Shown here piece by piece: positions 1-10,424 of a stretch of 64,000 bases of DNA. A program made the position numbers and the translations under genes. The DNA lies in assembly GCA_963827275.1 (NCBI GenBank), contig CAWHAA010000004.1, positions 576,001-640,000 on the forward strand, in the 5' to 3' direction. The notes below the pieces were generated by a model, which saw only the letters and a program-made list of their open reading frames with translations, was not told where the DNA came from and did not search any database. This DNA is from an uncultured Spirochaetota bacterium (GTDB lineage: Bacteria; Spirochaetota; UBA4802; UBA5550). Position 1 is the first letter of the stretch, and each line of letters opens with the position of its first letter.

Positions 1-1
1 C

Positions 2-2836
2 ATCGTACAGGCCAAGGGCAAAGGCGGGAAGGAGCCCGACTACCTTTTGCAGTTGAACGGAAAGCCATGCTTTTTCATGGAAGCAAAACACCCGAAGTAC
101 GACCTGTTTAAACAGACGAAATACATCTGGCAGGCATATTCATACGCCTACTCGACCCAGTCGTCAAATGAAAGAAAAAAGGTGGACTTCGCCCTGCTGA
201 CTGATTTCGAGGAATTCAGGCTTTTCGACTGCACCTTCAAAACAGACCCCCACCTGGTGAATAACTTCGCGGTCCTGGACTGGAAGTATAGGGATTTCAG
301 CGACAACTTCAAGGACCTGTGGAATATTTTTGAAAGGGAACAGGTAGCCAGGGGGAGCCTGAAAAATCTGTATCTCAACGAAAAGAAGATCAAGCAGAAC
401 AGGATACCGCCGGACAAGGCGTTCCTGTCGGACCTCGACGACGAGAAAACGGGCTGGCGCATCCTGCTGGCCAAGGACATCAAGAAATTCAACCCTGAAT
501 TGTCGGCCGATTATATCACCCGGGTCATCCAGCTCATCATCGACCGGATCGTTTTTATCAAGGTCCTGACGGACCGGGAGATCGAGGACGATTTTCTTAC
601 ACAGGTCATCGCGCAGGTGGACAGGGCGGCGCTCAAGTCCGAGGAGGGCGCGATCAATGAATCGTGCAGGGAAATATTCGCCCGCATGAACAAGACGTAC
701 AACGGCAGCGTGTTCGAGCCGCGTCCCGAGCTCGACAGCGTCAAAGTCAGCAACAAAACCCTGCACTCGATTCTGAAAGACCTGCTGCCCGAGAATTCGA
801 GGTACAATTTCAACGTCATACCGGTCGAGATACTGGGGACCATATACGAGCAGTTCCTGGGCAAGGTCGTCACTACCACGGAAAAACGCGCGCATATCGA
901 GTACAAGCCCGAGGTGCGCAAGGCGGGCGGCGTGTATTACACCCCGCAGTACATCGTCGATTACATCGTGGAAAACACGGTGGGGGAAAAGCTGAAGCCG
1001 TGCAAAACGATCGACGACCTGCTCTCGCTGAAAATTTGCGACCCCGCGTGCGGCTCGGGCTCGTTCCTGCTCGGCGCGTATGACCAGCTTATCCGCTGGT
1101 CCGTCGATTTCTATTCCGTAAAGTATTCAACGGGCAGCCCGGTCTCAAAGAAGGACATGGAGCACGTGTACCGGGACTCCGACGGCCTCGTGCGCCTGAG
1201 CGGCAAGCTGAAACGCGAAATCCTGAAAAGCTGCATATACGGCGTGGACATCGACGAGCAGGCGGCGGAGGTGACCCGCATGAGCCTGTCGCTCAAGGCC
1301 CTTGAGGACACCCGGCACGACGAGCTGTACAGCGAGGTGAACCTCTTCCATGAGACGGTCCTGCCGGATCTGAAGGGCAACGTGAAGTGCGGGAATTCGC
1401 TGATAGGTACGGACTATTTCGACGGAAGGCTGGATTTTAGCACTGACGAGATAAAAGATGTTAAACCATTCGATTGGGAAAAGCACTTTAATGAGATATT
1501 TAAAAATGGCGGTTTTGACTGTGTTATAGGTAATCCGCCTTATGTAAGACAAGAAGTAATATCTGAATTTAAAAAATATTTTGAAAATCATTATAAAGCT
1601 TACCACAGCATTGCAGATTTATATGTGTATTTTATTGAGAAAGCACACAGGTTGTTAAAACAGCGGGGATTTTTCGGTTATATAGTATCAAATAAATGGA
1701 TCAGATCAAACTATGGTAAACCATTAAGAGATTTCATCAGGTTGTCAGTTAAAATTGTTGAAATTATTGATTTTGGAGAGCTTCCTGTATTTGAAAATGC
1801 GGCAACCTTTCCTATGATTATAATAACAGAAAATATTACTGTGGAAGAACAACATTTTGATTATGCTCCTATTAAGACTCTTGAGTTCGATTCCTTAAAT
1901 GATGAAAAAAAAGGTAGCTCATATAAAATTGATCCAAGTTCTATGAATGGAGATAACTGGACACTTGCTAAACATGAGGAAATTGCATTTTTTGAAAAAA
2001 TGAGACTTAATGGAATTCCCCTTGGAGAATATGTAAATAATAAAATTTTTTATGGAATTAAAACAGGATATAATGAAGCTTTTGTAATTGATAGAGAAAT
2101 TCGAGATCGTTTGATTTCTGAAGACTCAAAAAATATTGAATTAATTAAACCTTTTGCTTTAGGGGATGATATAAGAAAGTATAAGATTCGTCAAAAAGAA
2201 AGATATTTAATATGCATTCCCAGTGGTTGGACAGATATTAAATCTGGTGGAGTAAAAAATAAATTTGAATGGTTTTCAAAAAATTATCCAGCAATTTCAG
2301 ACCATTTAAAAGAATTTGAAGAAAAAGCAAAAAATCGATATGATCAAGGTCAGTATTGGTGGGAGCTCCGTGCTTGTGACTATTACAATGAATTTGAAAA
2401 ACCAAAAATTGTTTACCCTGATATTGCTAAAGCGAGTCGTTTTTCATTTGATAATAAAGGAATGTATTTTACCAATACTGTTTATTTTATACCGATCGAT
2501 GACTTGTTTCTCCTTGGTGTTTTAAATTCAAAGCCGGTTTTTAGTTATTTTAAAAGAATTGCTGCGGTATTAGGAGATGCCGACAGGGGCGGTAGACTTA
2601 GATTTTTTACTCAAGATGTTGTTAAAATTCCAGTTCCCAAGAATAGAGATGAGAATATTGTTGAGTTAGTTAAACAAACACTGACAGTATATGATAAGCT
2701 AAATAATACTAATAATGAACAGGATAAGATAGCTTTAAAACAACATGCTGAAATGTTAGACAGAAAAATCGACGACCTTGTTTACAAACTCTACGACCTC
2801 ACCGACAAAGAGATAGAGATCGTCGAGGGAGCGTAA
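2..2836 (+). CDS. Type IIG-like fused restriction endonuclease / N6-adenine methyltransferase with C-terminal specificity domain (5' partial)
   Basis: Frame is open from the window edge. It contains a PD..EAK nuclease motif (EPDYLLQ...FMEAK), GVYYTP, motif I DPACGSGSFL, motif IV GNPPY, a TaqI-C-like region (FEKPKIVYPDIA) and a terminal IDDLVYKLYDLT..EI motif. Confidence 0.9.
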   Translation: MVQAKGKGGKEPDYLLQLNGKPCFFMEAKHPKYDLFKQTKYIWQAYSYAYSTQSSNERKKVDFALLTDFEEFRLFDCTFKTDPHLVNNFAVLDWKYRDFSDNFKDLWNIFEREQVARGSLKNLYLNEKKIKQNRIPPDKAFLSDLDDEKTGWRILLAKDIKKFNPELSADYITRVIQLIIDRIVFIKVLTDREIEDDFLTQVIAQVDRAALKSEEGAINESCREIFARMNKTYNGSVFEPRPELDSVKVSNKTLHSILKDLLPENSRYNFNVIPVEILGTIYEQFLGKVVTTTEKRAHIEYKPEVRKAGGVYYTPQYIVDYIVENTVGEKLKPCKTIDDLLSLKICDPACGSGSFLLGAYDQLIRWSVDFYSVKYSTGSPVSKKDMEHVYRDSDGLVRLSGKLKREILKSCIYGVDIDEQAAEVTRMSLSLKALEDTRHDELYSEVNLFHETVLPDLKGNVKCGNSLIGTDYFDGRLDFSTDEIKDVKPFDWEKHFNEIFKNGGFDCVIGNPPYVRQEVISEFKKYFENHYKAYHSIADLYVYFIEKAHRLLKQRGFFGYIVSNKWIRSNYGKPLRDFIRLSVKIVEIIDFGELPVFENAATFPMIIITENITVEEQHFDYAPIKTLEFDSLNDEKKGSSYKIDPSSMNGDNWTLAKHEEIAFFEKMRLNGIPLGEYVNNKIFYGIKTGYNEAFVIDREIRDRLISEDSKNIELIKPFALGDDIRKYKIRQKERYLICIPSGWTDIKSGGVKNKFEWFSKNYPAISDHLKEFEEKAKNRYDQGQYWWELRACDYYNEFEKPKIVYPDIAKASRFSFDNKGMYFTNTVYFIPIDDLFLLGVLNSKPVFSYFKRIAAVLGDADRGGRLRFFTQDVVKIPVPKNRDENIVELVKQTLTVYDKLNNTNNEQDKIALKQHAEMLDRKIDDLVYKLYDLTDKEIEIVEGA

Positions 2837-3059
2837 ACAGCCGCCCCCCCCGTCCCCCGTAGGGGGCGTGTGATAGCAGGCTGAGACCTGAAGGAGTTTT
2901 CTACAGGTAAAGCCGCCGCGCACGACGCGCGGCCCTGCGACAGGCTCAGGGTAAACGTCGCTTCGGTCAGCGCGCAGCGCTTCCGAAGCGAAAGGAAAAA
3001 AATCCCTTTATTACCGCTCATAGATAAAGTTTAATATTAAGCCAACCAGCGCTCAAAAC

Positions 3060-3103
3060 GCCAAAAAGAAGGCGGGGTCATGTGACCCCGCCTTCTTTTT
3101 GGC
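3060..3103. terminator. Perfect 21-bp-arm hairpin with A/T tails between convergent genes; probable bidirectional terminator with a REP-like core
   Basis: gccaaaaagaaggcggggtca-tg-tgaccccgccttctttttggc. Confidence 0.75.
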
Positions 3104-3279
3104 AAACCAATCGGGCGTCTGTCTGAGGCGAGTCCCGCGAAGCGGGCGAGCCGAGTTACGCCCGAAGCTTCCATCGGCGATTGCTAATTCGACACGAAGT
3201 GTCGAATTTTCTTCTTTCGGCGGCCCGGAGAGGGGAGCGCGAAGGGGAGAGGCCGGGAAGGCCTTTCCCCTCGCATGAA

Positions 3280-4681
3280 TTATTCAGCCCCGTCCCAGCA
3301 ATAGGTGCAGATCTTTTCTTTCGGAAGCCCGATGGCCTGGACAAGGTCGTCTAGCTTCTGGTACTGGAGGGTGGTCAGGCCCAGGCGCGCGCGGATCCGC
3401 TCGATCATGTCGCAATACTTGTCCCCGCACCCGGCGGCATACTCGGTAAGGTTCGCGTCTTCTTTCCCTTCCATCTCCTTGATGGCCTTGCACGCCGCAA
3501 GATCAAGCGAGGACCTGGACCGGGAAAAATTCAGGAACTTGCACCCGTACACGAGGGGCGGGCAGGCGGGGCGCATGTGCACTTCCTTCGCCCCGTAATC
3601 GTAGATCCTCTGGATAGTGTCCCGCAGCTGTGTGCCGCGGACGATGGAGTCATCGCAGAAGAGGATCCGTTTCCCCTGTATCATTTCCCTTACCGGGATC
3701 AGCTTCATGCGCGCAACCAGGTCCCGGATGGACTGGTCCTGCGGCATGAAGCTCCTGGGCCAGGTGGGCGTGTATTTCACGAACGGACGCTGGTACGGCA
3801 GCTTTCGACTCGTTGGCGTATCCGATGGCATGGGCCACGCCTGAATCGGGAATGCCCGCCACCACGTCGATCTCGGTTGAATCATTCCGCGCGAGCGCCG
3901 CCCCGCACCTGTTGCGCACCGCCTCGACGTTGATGCTCTCGTAGCTTGAGGGCGGATACCCGTAATAGACCCAGAGGAACGCGCAGATCTGCATCCGGTC
4001 TCCGGGCTTCTTCAGCGTCTCGATGCCGTCTTCGGTCATGCGGACGATTTCCCCGGGCCCCAGGTACGTTTCGATCTCATAGCCCAGGTTGGGGAACGAG
4101 CATGTTTCAAAGGCCGCGGCGAAGGCCCCCGGCTTTTTGCCTATTACGATGGGAGTCCGTCCCAGGCGGTCGCGGGCCGCGTAGATCCCGTCAGCCGTTA
4201 GCAGCAGAAGAGAACAGGAACCTTCGATGGATTCCTGGGCGCGGGTGATCCCGTCGACGAAATTAGCTTCCTGGTTGATAAGGGTGGCCACCAGCTCCGT
4301 CGGATTGATCTCTCCCCCGCTCATCTCGGAGAAATGAGTAGTGCGTTTCCCGTAAGCGGCTTTTACCAGGGCATCAAAGTTTTTAATGACGCCGACGGTG
4401 ACAATGGAATAAGCGCCGAGATGTGAATTGATGATAAGCGGCTGGTCCTCAAAGTCGCTTATGACACCGATCCCTTTCCGGCCCTTGAACTTCGGCAGGT
4501 CGTCGTCGAATTTTGAGCGGAACGGCGCGTTGGAAATATCATGGATGCTGCGCTTGAAGCCATTTTCACCAAGGACCGCCATGCCTCCCCGCTTGGTGCC
4601 CAGATGGGAATGATAATCGGTCCCGAAATAAAGGTCGTTCAAGCAGTCATCTTTGGAAACTACACCGAAAAAACCGCCCAT
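3280..4681 (-). CDS. purF: Amidophosphoribosyltransferase, split by a +1 frameshift near 3803-3805
   Basis: ORFs 3650..4690 and 3280..3885 join into one protein: MGGFFG...ARDRLGRTP...GIPDSG / LPYQRPFVKYTPTW...DDSIVRGTQ...CTYCWDG. Confidence 0.9.
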
Positions 4682-4867
4682 ATTGTACACTCCGATGCTG
4701 ATTTAAAATCCATAGGACAGTGGGCCTCATCATTTCGTGCACGGGTGGAAGGTGATCAAATTGATGGAAATGTGCAAAAATATGCCCGCCACTGGTTTAT
4801 TTATAAAAACTGGCGGCTTTAGATCAAGTAATTATTATAAAAATATTAATATTGGTAAATTCTTCCT

Positions 4868-4933
4868 GTCCGGTGGTTGCTCTGACCCCTGGGATCACCG
4901 ATAACTATCGGTCTGGTGGTTGCTCTGACCCCC
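4868..4933. repeat. Dispersed A/B repeat cluster 1 (A-B-A, 43-bp period)
   Basis: gtc(c/t)ggtggttgctctgacccc at 4868 and 4911, flanking the palindrome accgataactatcggt at 4897-4912. Confidence 0.85.
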
Positions 4934-4949
4934 AATAACACCCAAATAT

Positions 4950-4986
4950 AAAGCGCCCCGCAGTTCGAGGAACGTGCGGGGCGTTT
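4950..4986 (-). terminator. Probable intrinsic terminator of the 5019..5843 gene
   Basis: aaagcgccccgca...tgcggggcgttt hairpin just downstream of the stop. Confidence 0.55.
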
Positions 4987-5018
4987 CCAGTATCGTGTCC
5001 GGGGAGCGTTCGGATGCT

Positions 5019-5843
5019 CTATTCTTCTTCGTCCTCTGATGTATCTTTGGCCTCGGTTGTTTCCTCGATATTACCTGTCTGTTTCAGGTCCAGGCCCTTT
5101 TCTTTTTTTATCCTGTCCCTGCAGGTGCTGCACAGCTGGGTTATGTTCTTCAGCTCCCGTGCCTGTGCAACGGAACCGTTGAAAATTTCATCCGTCCTGT
5201 CCGTATTGATGCGGTAGCAATCCGAATAGAGATGGTACCGCGTCCCGGCTTTCGTCCAGTACACGCTGTTTTTGCCGCTCAGCGTCTCCACTTCCGATGT
5301 CTGCTCCGCGTATTGCTCCTGGGACGGCGGATTAAAATCGATGCCCGTGATGCCCGCAACCAGCAAGGCGACAATGGCAACCGCGCCGATAATGCCTTTT
5401 TGCTTTCCGTTCATATTCTTGTTGGTGAAGATAAGAATAACGAGCGGCAGGAAGGCAATGACGGCTATGATCACGCCCAGCTGGTTCTGGATGAAAAATT
5501 TAATTTTTTCCTTTTCAGAGGCGGGGTCAAACCTGTTCGCCTTTTTCCAGAGCAGTGACCCGATGACCGCAAAAATCAGATCGGCCACAATCAGGACGAT
5601 GAGCCACGTATTGCCGGCGCTCCACGTGTCGCCGAATTGCGCTTTCTGAAGCAGTATAATGGCGCCTATTTCAAAACCGATAGCGGCGACCCAGGAGAGT
5701 ATGGCAAATATGCGAAATTTCTTTGCCGCTGACTTGCTTTCATCGCTCGCCACGAAGGATTTTGTTCCTCTTCCTCCGTCTTCGGATGATGATCCTCCGC
5801 CTGTTACTCTGGTAACTTTTTTTGATGTACCCTTGTCTGGCAT
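5019..5843 (-). CDS. Hypothetical membrane protein, about 4 TM helices plus a C-terminal Cys/His motif
   Basis: 274-aa ORF with hydrophobic segments and VYWTKAGTRYHLYSDC...CSTC. Confidence 0.7.
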   Translation of the reverse strand: MPDKGTSKKVTRVTGGGSSSEDGGRGTKSFVASDESKSAAKKFRIFAILSWVAAIGFEIGAIILLQKAQFGDTWSAGNTWLIVLIVADLIFAVIGSLLWKKANRFDPASEKEKIKFFIQNQLGVIIAVIAFLPLVILIFTNKNMNGKQKGIIGAVAIVALLVAGITGIDFNPPSQEQYAEQTSEVETLSGKNSVYWTKAGTRYHLYSDCYRINTDRTDEIFNGSVAQARELKNITQLCSTCRDRIKKEKGLDLKQTGNIEETTEAKDTSEDEEE

Positions 5844-5945
5844 TTCATTACCCCTTGTTTATATGATAGTTTCAAAATACAGAAATCATCGGAAATATCA
5901 AGAATTTTTCTTGGTCAGCCGGCCGGCATCCGGTCCGGCGTGGCG

Positions 5946-7340
5946 CTACCGTGGTTCCATGCATTCATTGAAGAGCCGCACCAGGTCCTCCCTCGACATC
6001 TCGTCCGTCTCGTTGTAGAATGCCGAAGAGCGCTGCATCATCCACTCCTTCTCGGGCGCGTTCACGTTGTAGTACACCGATGGGAAAAACTTCACGCCGA
6101 GGCCGCGCAGGAACGCGATGGTGCCCCGCGCCTCTTCCACTGACTGTCCCGGAAGGCCGAGGATGAAGTAGGCGCGCACGTTCATGTCCAGGCGCCGGGC
6201 GGTGCGCGCGATACGGGCGAACTGTTCCGAGCTGAACGGCCTGCCGTGCGCCTCCTGGAGGTCCGCCGAGCGGGTCATGAGCGAGATATTGATCTCCCTG
6301 AAGCCGGCCCGGCGCATGAGCGCGACGATGCCGTCATCCATATGCTCGAGCGATATCCCGTTCATGGCGGCAAGGTCAAGACGCGCGCACGAGGATTCCT
6401 GGAAAGCGATGAGACCTTCGAGGAGCGCGGCGGCATGCTCCGGGGACGCGAACAGGTTGTCGTCTTCGAAATTGACCATGTCCGCGCCGTAGCGCTCCGT
6501 GCATTCGGCAATTTCGTCGAGGACGGCGCCGACGCCCCGCGTGAGGTAGCGGTCCCCCCATATCGTGCGGACGGCGCAGAAGGAGCAGCGGTTGGGACAG
6601 CCGCGCGACGTGATCATTGAGACGGCCTTTCTCCGGTAAGCGGCGAAGTCGCGGTCACGGAGGAGGTCGCGGGCGGGAAAGGGGAGGGAGTCGATGTCTT
6701 CCCCGACGCTCTGCTCCGTCATGAGAGTGCTCCCGCCGGAGCGGTACGCGATGCCGGGGACCACCGCCGGGTCGTTCCCTTCAGAGAGACAGGCGAGCAG
6801 CGCCACCGAGGTCTCCTCGCCCGCACCCCGCACAACGAAGTCCGCGCCCCCTTCTCCAAGAAGGCGCTCCGCGTACAGCGCTGCGTGGTGACCGCCGGTG
6901 ACGATCGGTGCTCCCGGCCTGGTCCGTTGCGCCATGGCGATGATTGAATCGCTCACGTCATGGTAGGGGGTGAATTGCGAGGGTATGAAGAAGACGTCCG
7001 CGGCCGCGCGCGCCATCCTCTGTCCGATCTCCTCGAGGCTCAAACCGAAATGCGAATAGCTTTTAAAAGGAAAGGCGAGAGAGGGGCCCGGATCCTCCAT
7101 GAATTTTTTCAAGTATGAAAAGCTGGCCGGCAGGGGAAGCGGCCGCCGTTTCGTGGAATGCCCGTTGATAAAAATGACGTCATGGCCCGCGTTCCGGACA
7201 GCTGCCATGATGTAGAGGAGCCCCAGGGGCTGGCGTCGTATCGATGTTGAGTAAAAATCCTGGATGGGCGGGTTGATGAAACATGCCCTGAGAGCGCGGC
7301 TGCTTTTATTTGGCCAATTATTATATAACTGATTATTCAA
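5946..7340 (-). CDS. B12-binding domain radical SAM protein
   Basis: QPLGLLYI, GGHHA, TSRGCPNRCSFC (CxxxCxxC), FEDDNL, YFILGLPGQ. Confidence 0.88.
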   Translation of the reverse strand: MNNQLYNNWPNKSSRALRACFINPPIQDFYSTSIRRQPLGLLYIMAAVRNAGHDVIFINGHSTKRRPLPLPASFSYLKKFMEDPGPSLAFPFKSYSHFGLSLEEIGQRMARAAADVFFIPSQFTPYHDVSDSIIAMAQRTRPGAPIVTGGHHAALYAERLLGEGGADFVVRGAGEETSVALLACLSEGNDPAVVPGIAYRSGGSTLMTEQSVGEDIDSLPFPARDLLRDRDFAAYRRKAVSMITSRGCPNRCSFCAVRTIWGDRYLTRGVGAVLDEIAECTERYGADMVNFEDDNLFASPEHAAALLEGLIAFQESSCARLDLAAMNGISLEHMDDGIVALMRRAGFREINISLMTRSADLQEAHGRPFSSEQFARIARTARRLDMNVRAYFILGLPGQSVEEARGTIAFLRGLGVKFFPSVYYNVNAPEKEWMMQRSSAFYNETDEMSREDLVRLFNECMEPR

Positions 7341-7612
7341 TGTGAATTTACATTCTGCCGGGAAAATCGGGCCATGATGGTTATGGATAATATAGGAATG
7401 TTCACGATAAAATTGTCAAGAATAATGACATGGTCCGTACATTCCATGGCGTGGACGTTTTCTGATAATCAGGAATCGTGCGAGACATCAGGGGTTTCCC
7501 GCTGTTATACTAAAAATCAGTCCAGCCGGAATGGAAATAATCTTGACGTAATACCCGGGACATGATTCCAGATATATGCAGGCTCAGGGAATATCCAGGG
7601 AGGCCCGGATTG

Positions 7613-8614
7613 ATGGATAAAAAAAAGATGGTGGCAGCGGCAGGGATTGCGGTGCTGGTAATCCTTGTAGTCGTGCTTGCCGTGAGAAAAAAAGGCGATG
7701 ATCATTATATAATCGATAAGAGTTATAATATCAAGCTGAAGGACATTGAAGCGTATTACAAAAATTTTGATTTTAACCGGGAGTCGATAAAGGAATGCTT
7801 CTCGAACGGGGTCATTAACCAGTATACATTGAAATTTTTCCTGACGCTTGACAAGCGTTTCAAGGACTCGAAGGACATGGACGACCAGATGGAAAAAGCC
7901 CGCCAGTATCTTTACTCCGTCATGTCCGCCGATGAGGCCGATAAACTCCTCGAGGTGTATTCGACGTACCTGAAATACCAGAAAGGCCTGCACGAAAAGT
8001 CGAAAGAATGGGGAATGCCGATGAACGCGGAAGATTCCATCACGCTGCTTCATAACCTGCAGGAATACCGCCGCGAAGTGTTCGGGAATGAGAACGCCGA
8101 TATCCTGTTCGGTGCCAGCCTGAAGGCGCAGGAGTATCCGATCAGGCGCGGCGTGATCGTGGCTGACGGGAGCCTGTACGGAGCGCAGAAGGAGGAGCGG
8201 CTGAAGGACCTCAATCGCGACATGTGGGGCAGCGAGGCGAATGACGTGGAAGCCTATGCCAAGCCCTACATCCGCTACCAGGAAAAGCTCCAGATCTACC
8301 GCCGGGACCTGTCCGAGATGAACGCTGAGGAGAAGCAGGCGAAAATCAGGACGTTCCGCGAGGAATTGTTCTCCCCTGACCAGGTGCAGCGGCTGGATGA
8401 CGTTGACCGGTCCATCAGCGAAGAAAAGCAGAAAGAGGAAAACTACCGCGTTCTTGAGAGCAGGATCATGTATGATCCCGACCTTGACCAGGAGGAGAAG
8501 GAACAGAAAATTCGGGAGCTTCAGGACCGGATCTTCGGTGAAGACGCCGAGGCGTACCGCAGGCGGCAGGCCGTGGAGAAGAGCATTGATATAACACAGT
8601 TCAAGAGGAAATAA
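7613..8614 (+). CDS. Lipase secretion chaperone (foldase, Lif-like)
   Basis: N-terminal membrane anchor followed by helical repeats (YRREVFG.E.ADILFG, FREELFSPDQVQRL, LQDRIFG.DA); lies near a lipase gene. Start chosen at ATG 7613 after GGAGG. Confidence 0.7.
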   Translation: MDKKKMVAAAGIAVLVILVVVLAVRKKGDDHYIIDKSYNIKLKDIEAYYKNFDFNRESIKECFSNGVINQYTLKFFLTLDKRFKDSKDMDDQMEKARQYLYSVMSADEADKLLEVYSTYLKYQKGLHEKSKEWGMPMNAEDSITLLHNLQEYRREVFGNENADILFGASLKAQEYPIRRGVIVADGSLYGAQKEERLKDLNRDMWGSEANDVEAYAKPYIRYQEKLQIYRRDLSEMNAEEKQAKIRTFREELFSPDQVQRLDDVDRSISEEKQKEENYRVLESRIMYDPDLDQEEKEQKIRELQDRIFGEDAEAYRRRQAVEKSIDITQFKRK

Positions 8615-8744
8615 CAGTATCGGGAAGGGAGACCCCATACCCTGGAGATGCACGGCATGCGCTGCGGCACGCGCCGCGTTGACCGGGCCGGGCGGCGTCC
8701 CTCGCAATCATTCAAATGGTATGAGTGGAAAGGAACCTGCAAGA

Positions 8745-10424
8745 ATGAGCCGGCTAATGAAATTTGTTTTGGCGTTTATACTGGTGTCGTGCTTTTCCGT
8801 GTGCCTTTACGCGGGTGAAGCGGACCATGCGGTCAGGGTCAAGTCCCTGCAAGAGCGCACCTCCCTCGACGGGGTGTGGAAAATTCAGATCGGGGACGAC
8901 GCCAGGTATGCCGCCCCGGATCATGACGACCGTTCATGGGGGGAGGTCCGGCTGCCGGGAAGCGTCATGCCGCTGGTCAGCAAAAAGACCAGGGGAATAA
9001 AGGGCGTGCTGTGGCTCCGGAAGACCGTCTCTTTCGATCCGGGCCTTCCGGTGAAGGACCTCGGCCTTATCCTCGGGCGGATCGCACAGGCGGATGAAAC
9101 ATATTTTAACGGGGAACGAATCGGCGGCATGGGCAGTTTTCCGCCGAACGAGCACTCGATGTGGAACCATCCCCGCCATTACCTGATCCCGAAGGCCCAT
9201 ATCCGCTATGGCCGGCCGAATGTGATCGCGGTGCGGCTGTCCTATTACATCTACGGAGAAATGCTGGGCACGCTCGCGGTCACCAGCCTGGAAGACTGGA
9301 ATAGCGACAGGACGGTGATGAATGTAATATGGATCATTTTCTGCTATCTCGCCATTGCCATGGGCATCCCCCTTTTTATGATATTCTTTTTCTTTTATAT
9401 CAGGCGCCGCAACTCGCAGGAATATCTGTTTTATTTTCTCCAGCTGCTGTGCGGTCTTGTAATCCTTGTGGACCAGTGCACGTACTGGAACCTGTACGGG
9501 AGCATTTTAACACGCTTCCGGGTCCTCGGGTGGGCCTGGGTCGCGTTGAACGTTACGCACCCGATATTCCTTCACCGTATCTACGATTTAAAGAGAAAAA
9601 AAACGGAGATATTTTTATGGGTCGCCCTGGGAGTGGTGACGTTTATCGATATATTTTTTACGGATGAGCAATGGCTTCACTTCCACGGGCTGCTGCTGAT
9701 AGGAGCCACCACCCAGATCGGCTGGTACAACCTCTCCTGTCATATTTCAGCACTCGTTAAAAAGCGGCCCTACGCGAAGATATTCAGCTTTTTCGGAATT
9801 GCCGTGGTACTCGGCGCCATACATGACGGCTTTATATATTTTATCAAGTTCATGTTCCTCGACTCGGATATCCTCGGGCCGGGTTTCGAGAACATGCTTT
9901 TTCATATCACGGTGTTCCCATTGTACATGGGAACCACCCTGGTGCTGGTGAGCCGTTTTGTCAAGATGATGGACGAGGTGGAGGACCTCAATACCAGCCT
10001 TGAGACTTTCATCATTGAAAATGCCCTTTTAAACGAACAGCTCAAGGAGACGAGTGAAACCAGGAAGAAAGGCCTTTACCCGTCAATGAACGGGAAGGGG
10101 GAAGAGAAGATCCAGCGGGTGGTTGATTACATCAATAAAAATTACACCTTCGACCTCTCCCGCGAAGGGCTGGCCGCGACTGTTGACGTGCATCCGGACA
10201 ACCTCGGAAAGTTGTTCAAGATCTTTACCAACAAGAAAATGGGCGATTATATCAATGAGCTCCGGGTCAAGGACGCGGCACGGAGACTCGCCCAGACCGA
10301 TGAAAATATCATAGATATCGCGTTCTCGGTCGGTTTTGACAGCCTGAGGACCTTTAACAGGGTATTCCCGAAATTCATGAAGGTTACCCCTGAAAAATAC
10401 AGAAAAATAATACGGAAGGTGTAA
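8745..10424 (+). CDS. Membrane one-component regulator: beta-sandwich sugar-binding-like domain, 7TM region and AraC HTH
   Basis: SLDGVWKIQIGDD...WLRK...DETYFNGERIG; multiple TM helices; C-terminal IIDIAFSVGFDSLRTFNRVF..TPEKYRK. Confidence 0.85.
   Translation: MSRLMKFVLAFILVSCFSVCLYAGEADHAVRVKSLQERTSLDGVWKIQIGDDARYAAPDHDDRSWGEVRLPGSVMPLVSKKTRGIKGVLWLRKTVSFDPGLPVKDLGLILGRIAQADETYFNGERIGGMGSFPPNEHSMWNHPRHYLIPKAHIRYGRPNVIAVRLSYYIYGEMLGTLAVTSLEDWNSDRTVMNVIWIIFCYLAIAMGIPLFMIFFFFYIRRRNSQEYLFYFLQLLCGLVILVDQCTYWNLYGSILTRFRVLGWAWVALNVTHPIFLHRIYDLKRKKTEIFLWVALGVVTFIDIFFTDEQWLHFHGLLLIGATTQIGWYNLSCHISALVKKRPYAKIFSFFGIAVVLGAIHDGFIYFIKFMFLDSDILGPGFENMLFHITVFPLYMGTTLVLVSRFVKMMDEVEDLNTSLETFIIENALLNEQLKETSETRKKGLYPSMNGKGEEKIQRVVDYINKNYTFDLSREGLAATVDVHPDNLGKLFKIFTNKKMGDYINELRVKDAARRLAQTDENIIDIAFSVGFDSLRTFNRVFPKFMKVTPEKYRKIIRKV

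Noticed and set aside
2837..3279. Integron attC sites after the R-M gene
   Set aside because: No convincing RYYYAAC...GTTRRRY pair and no integrase in the window.
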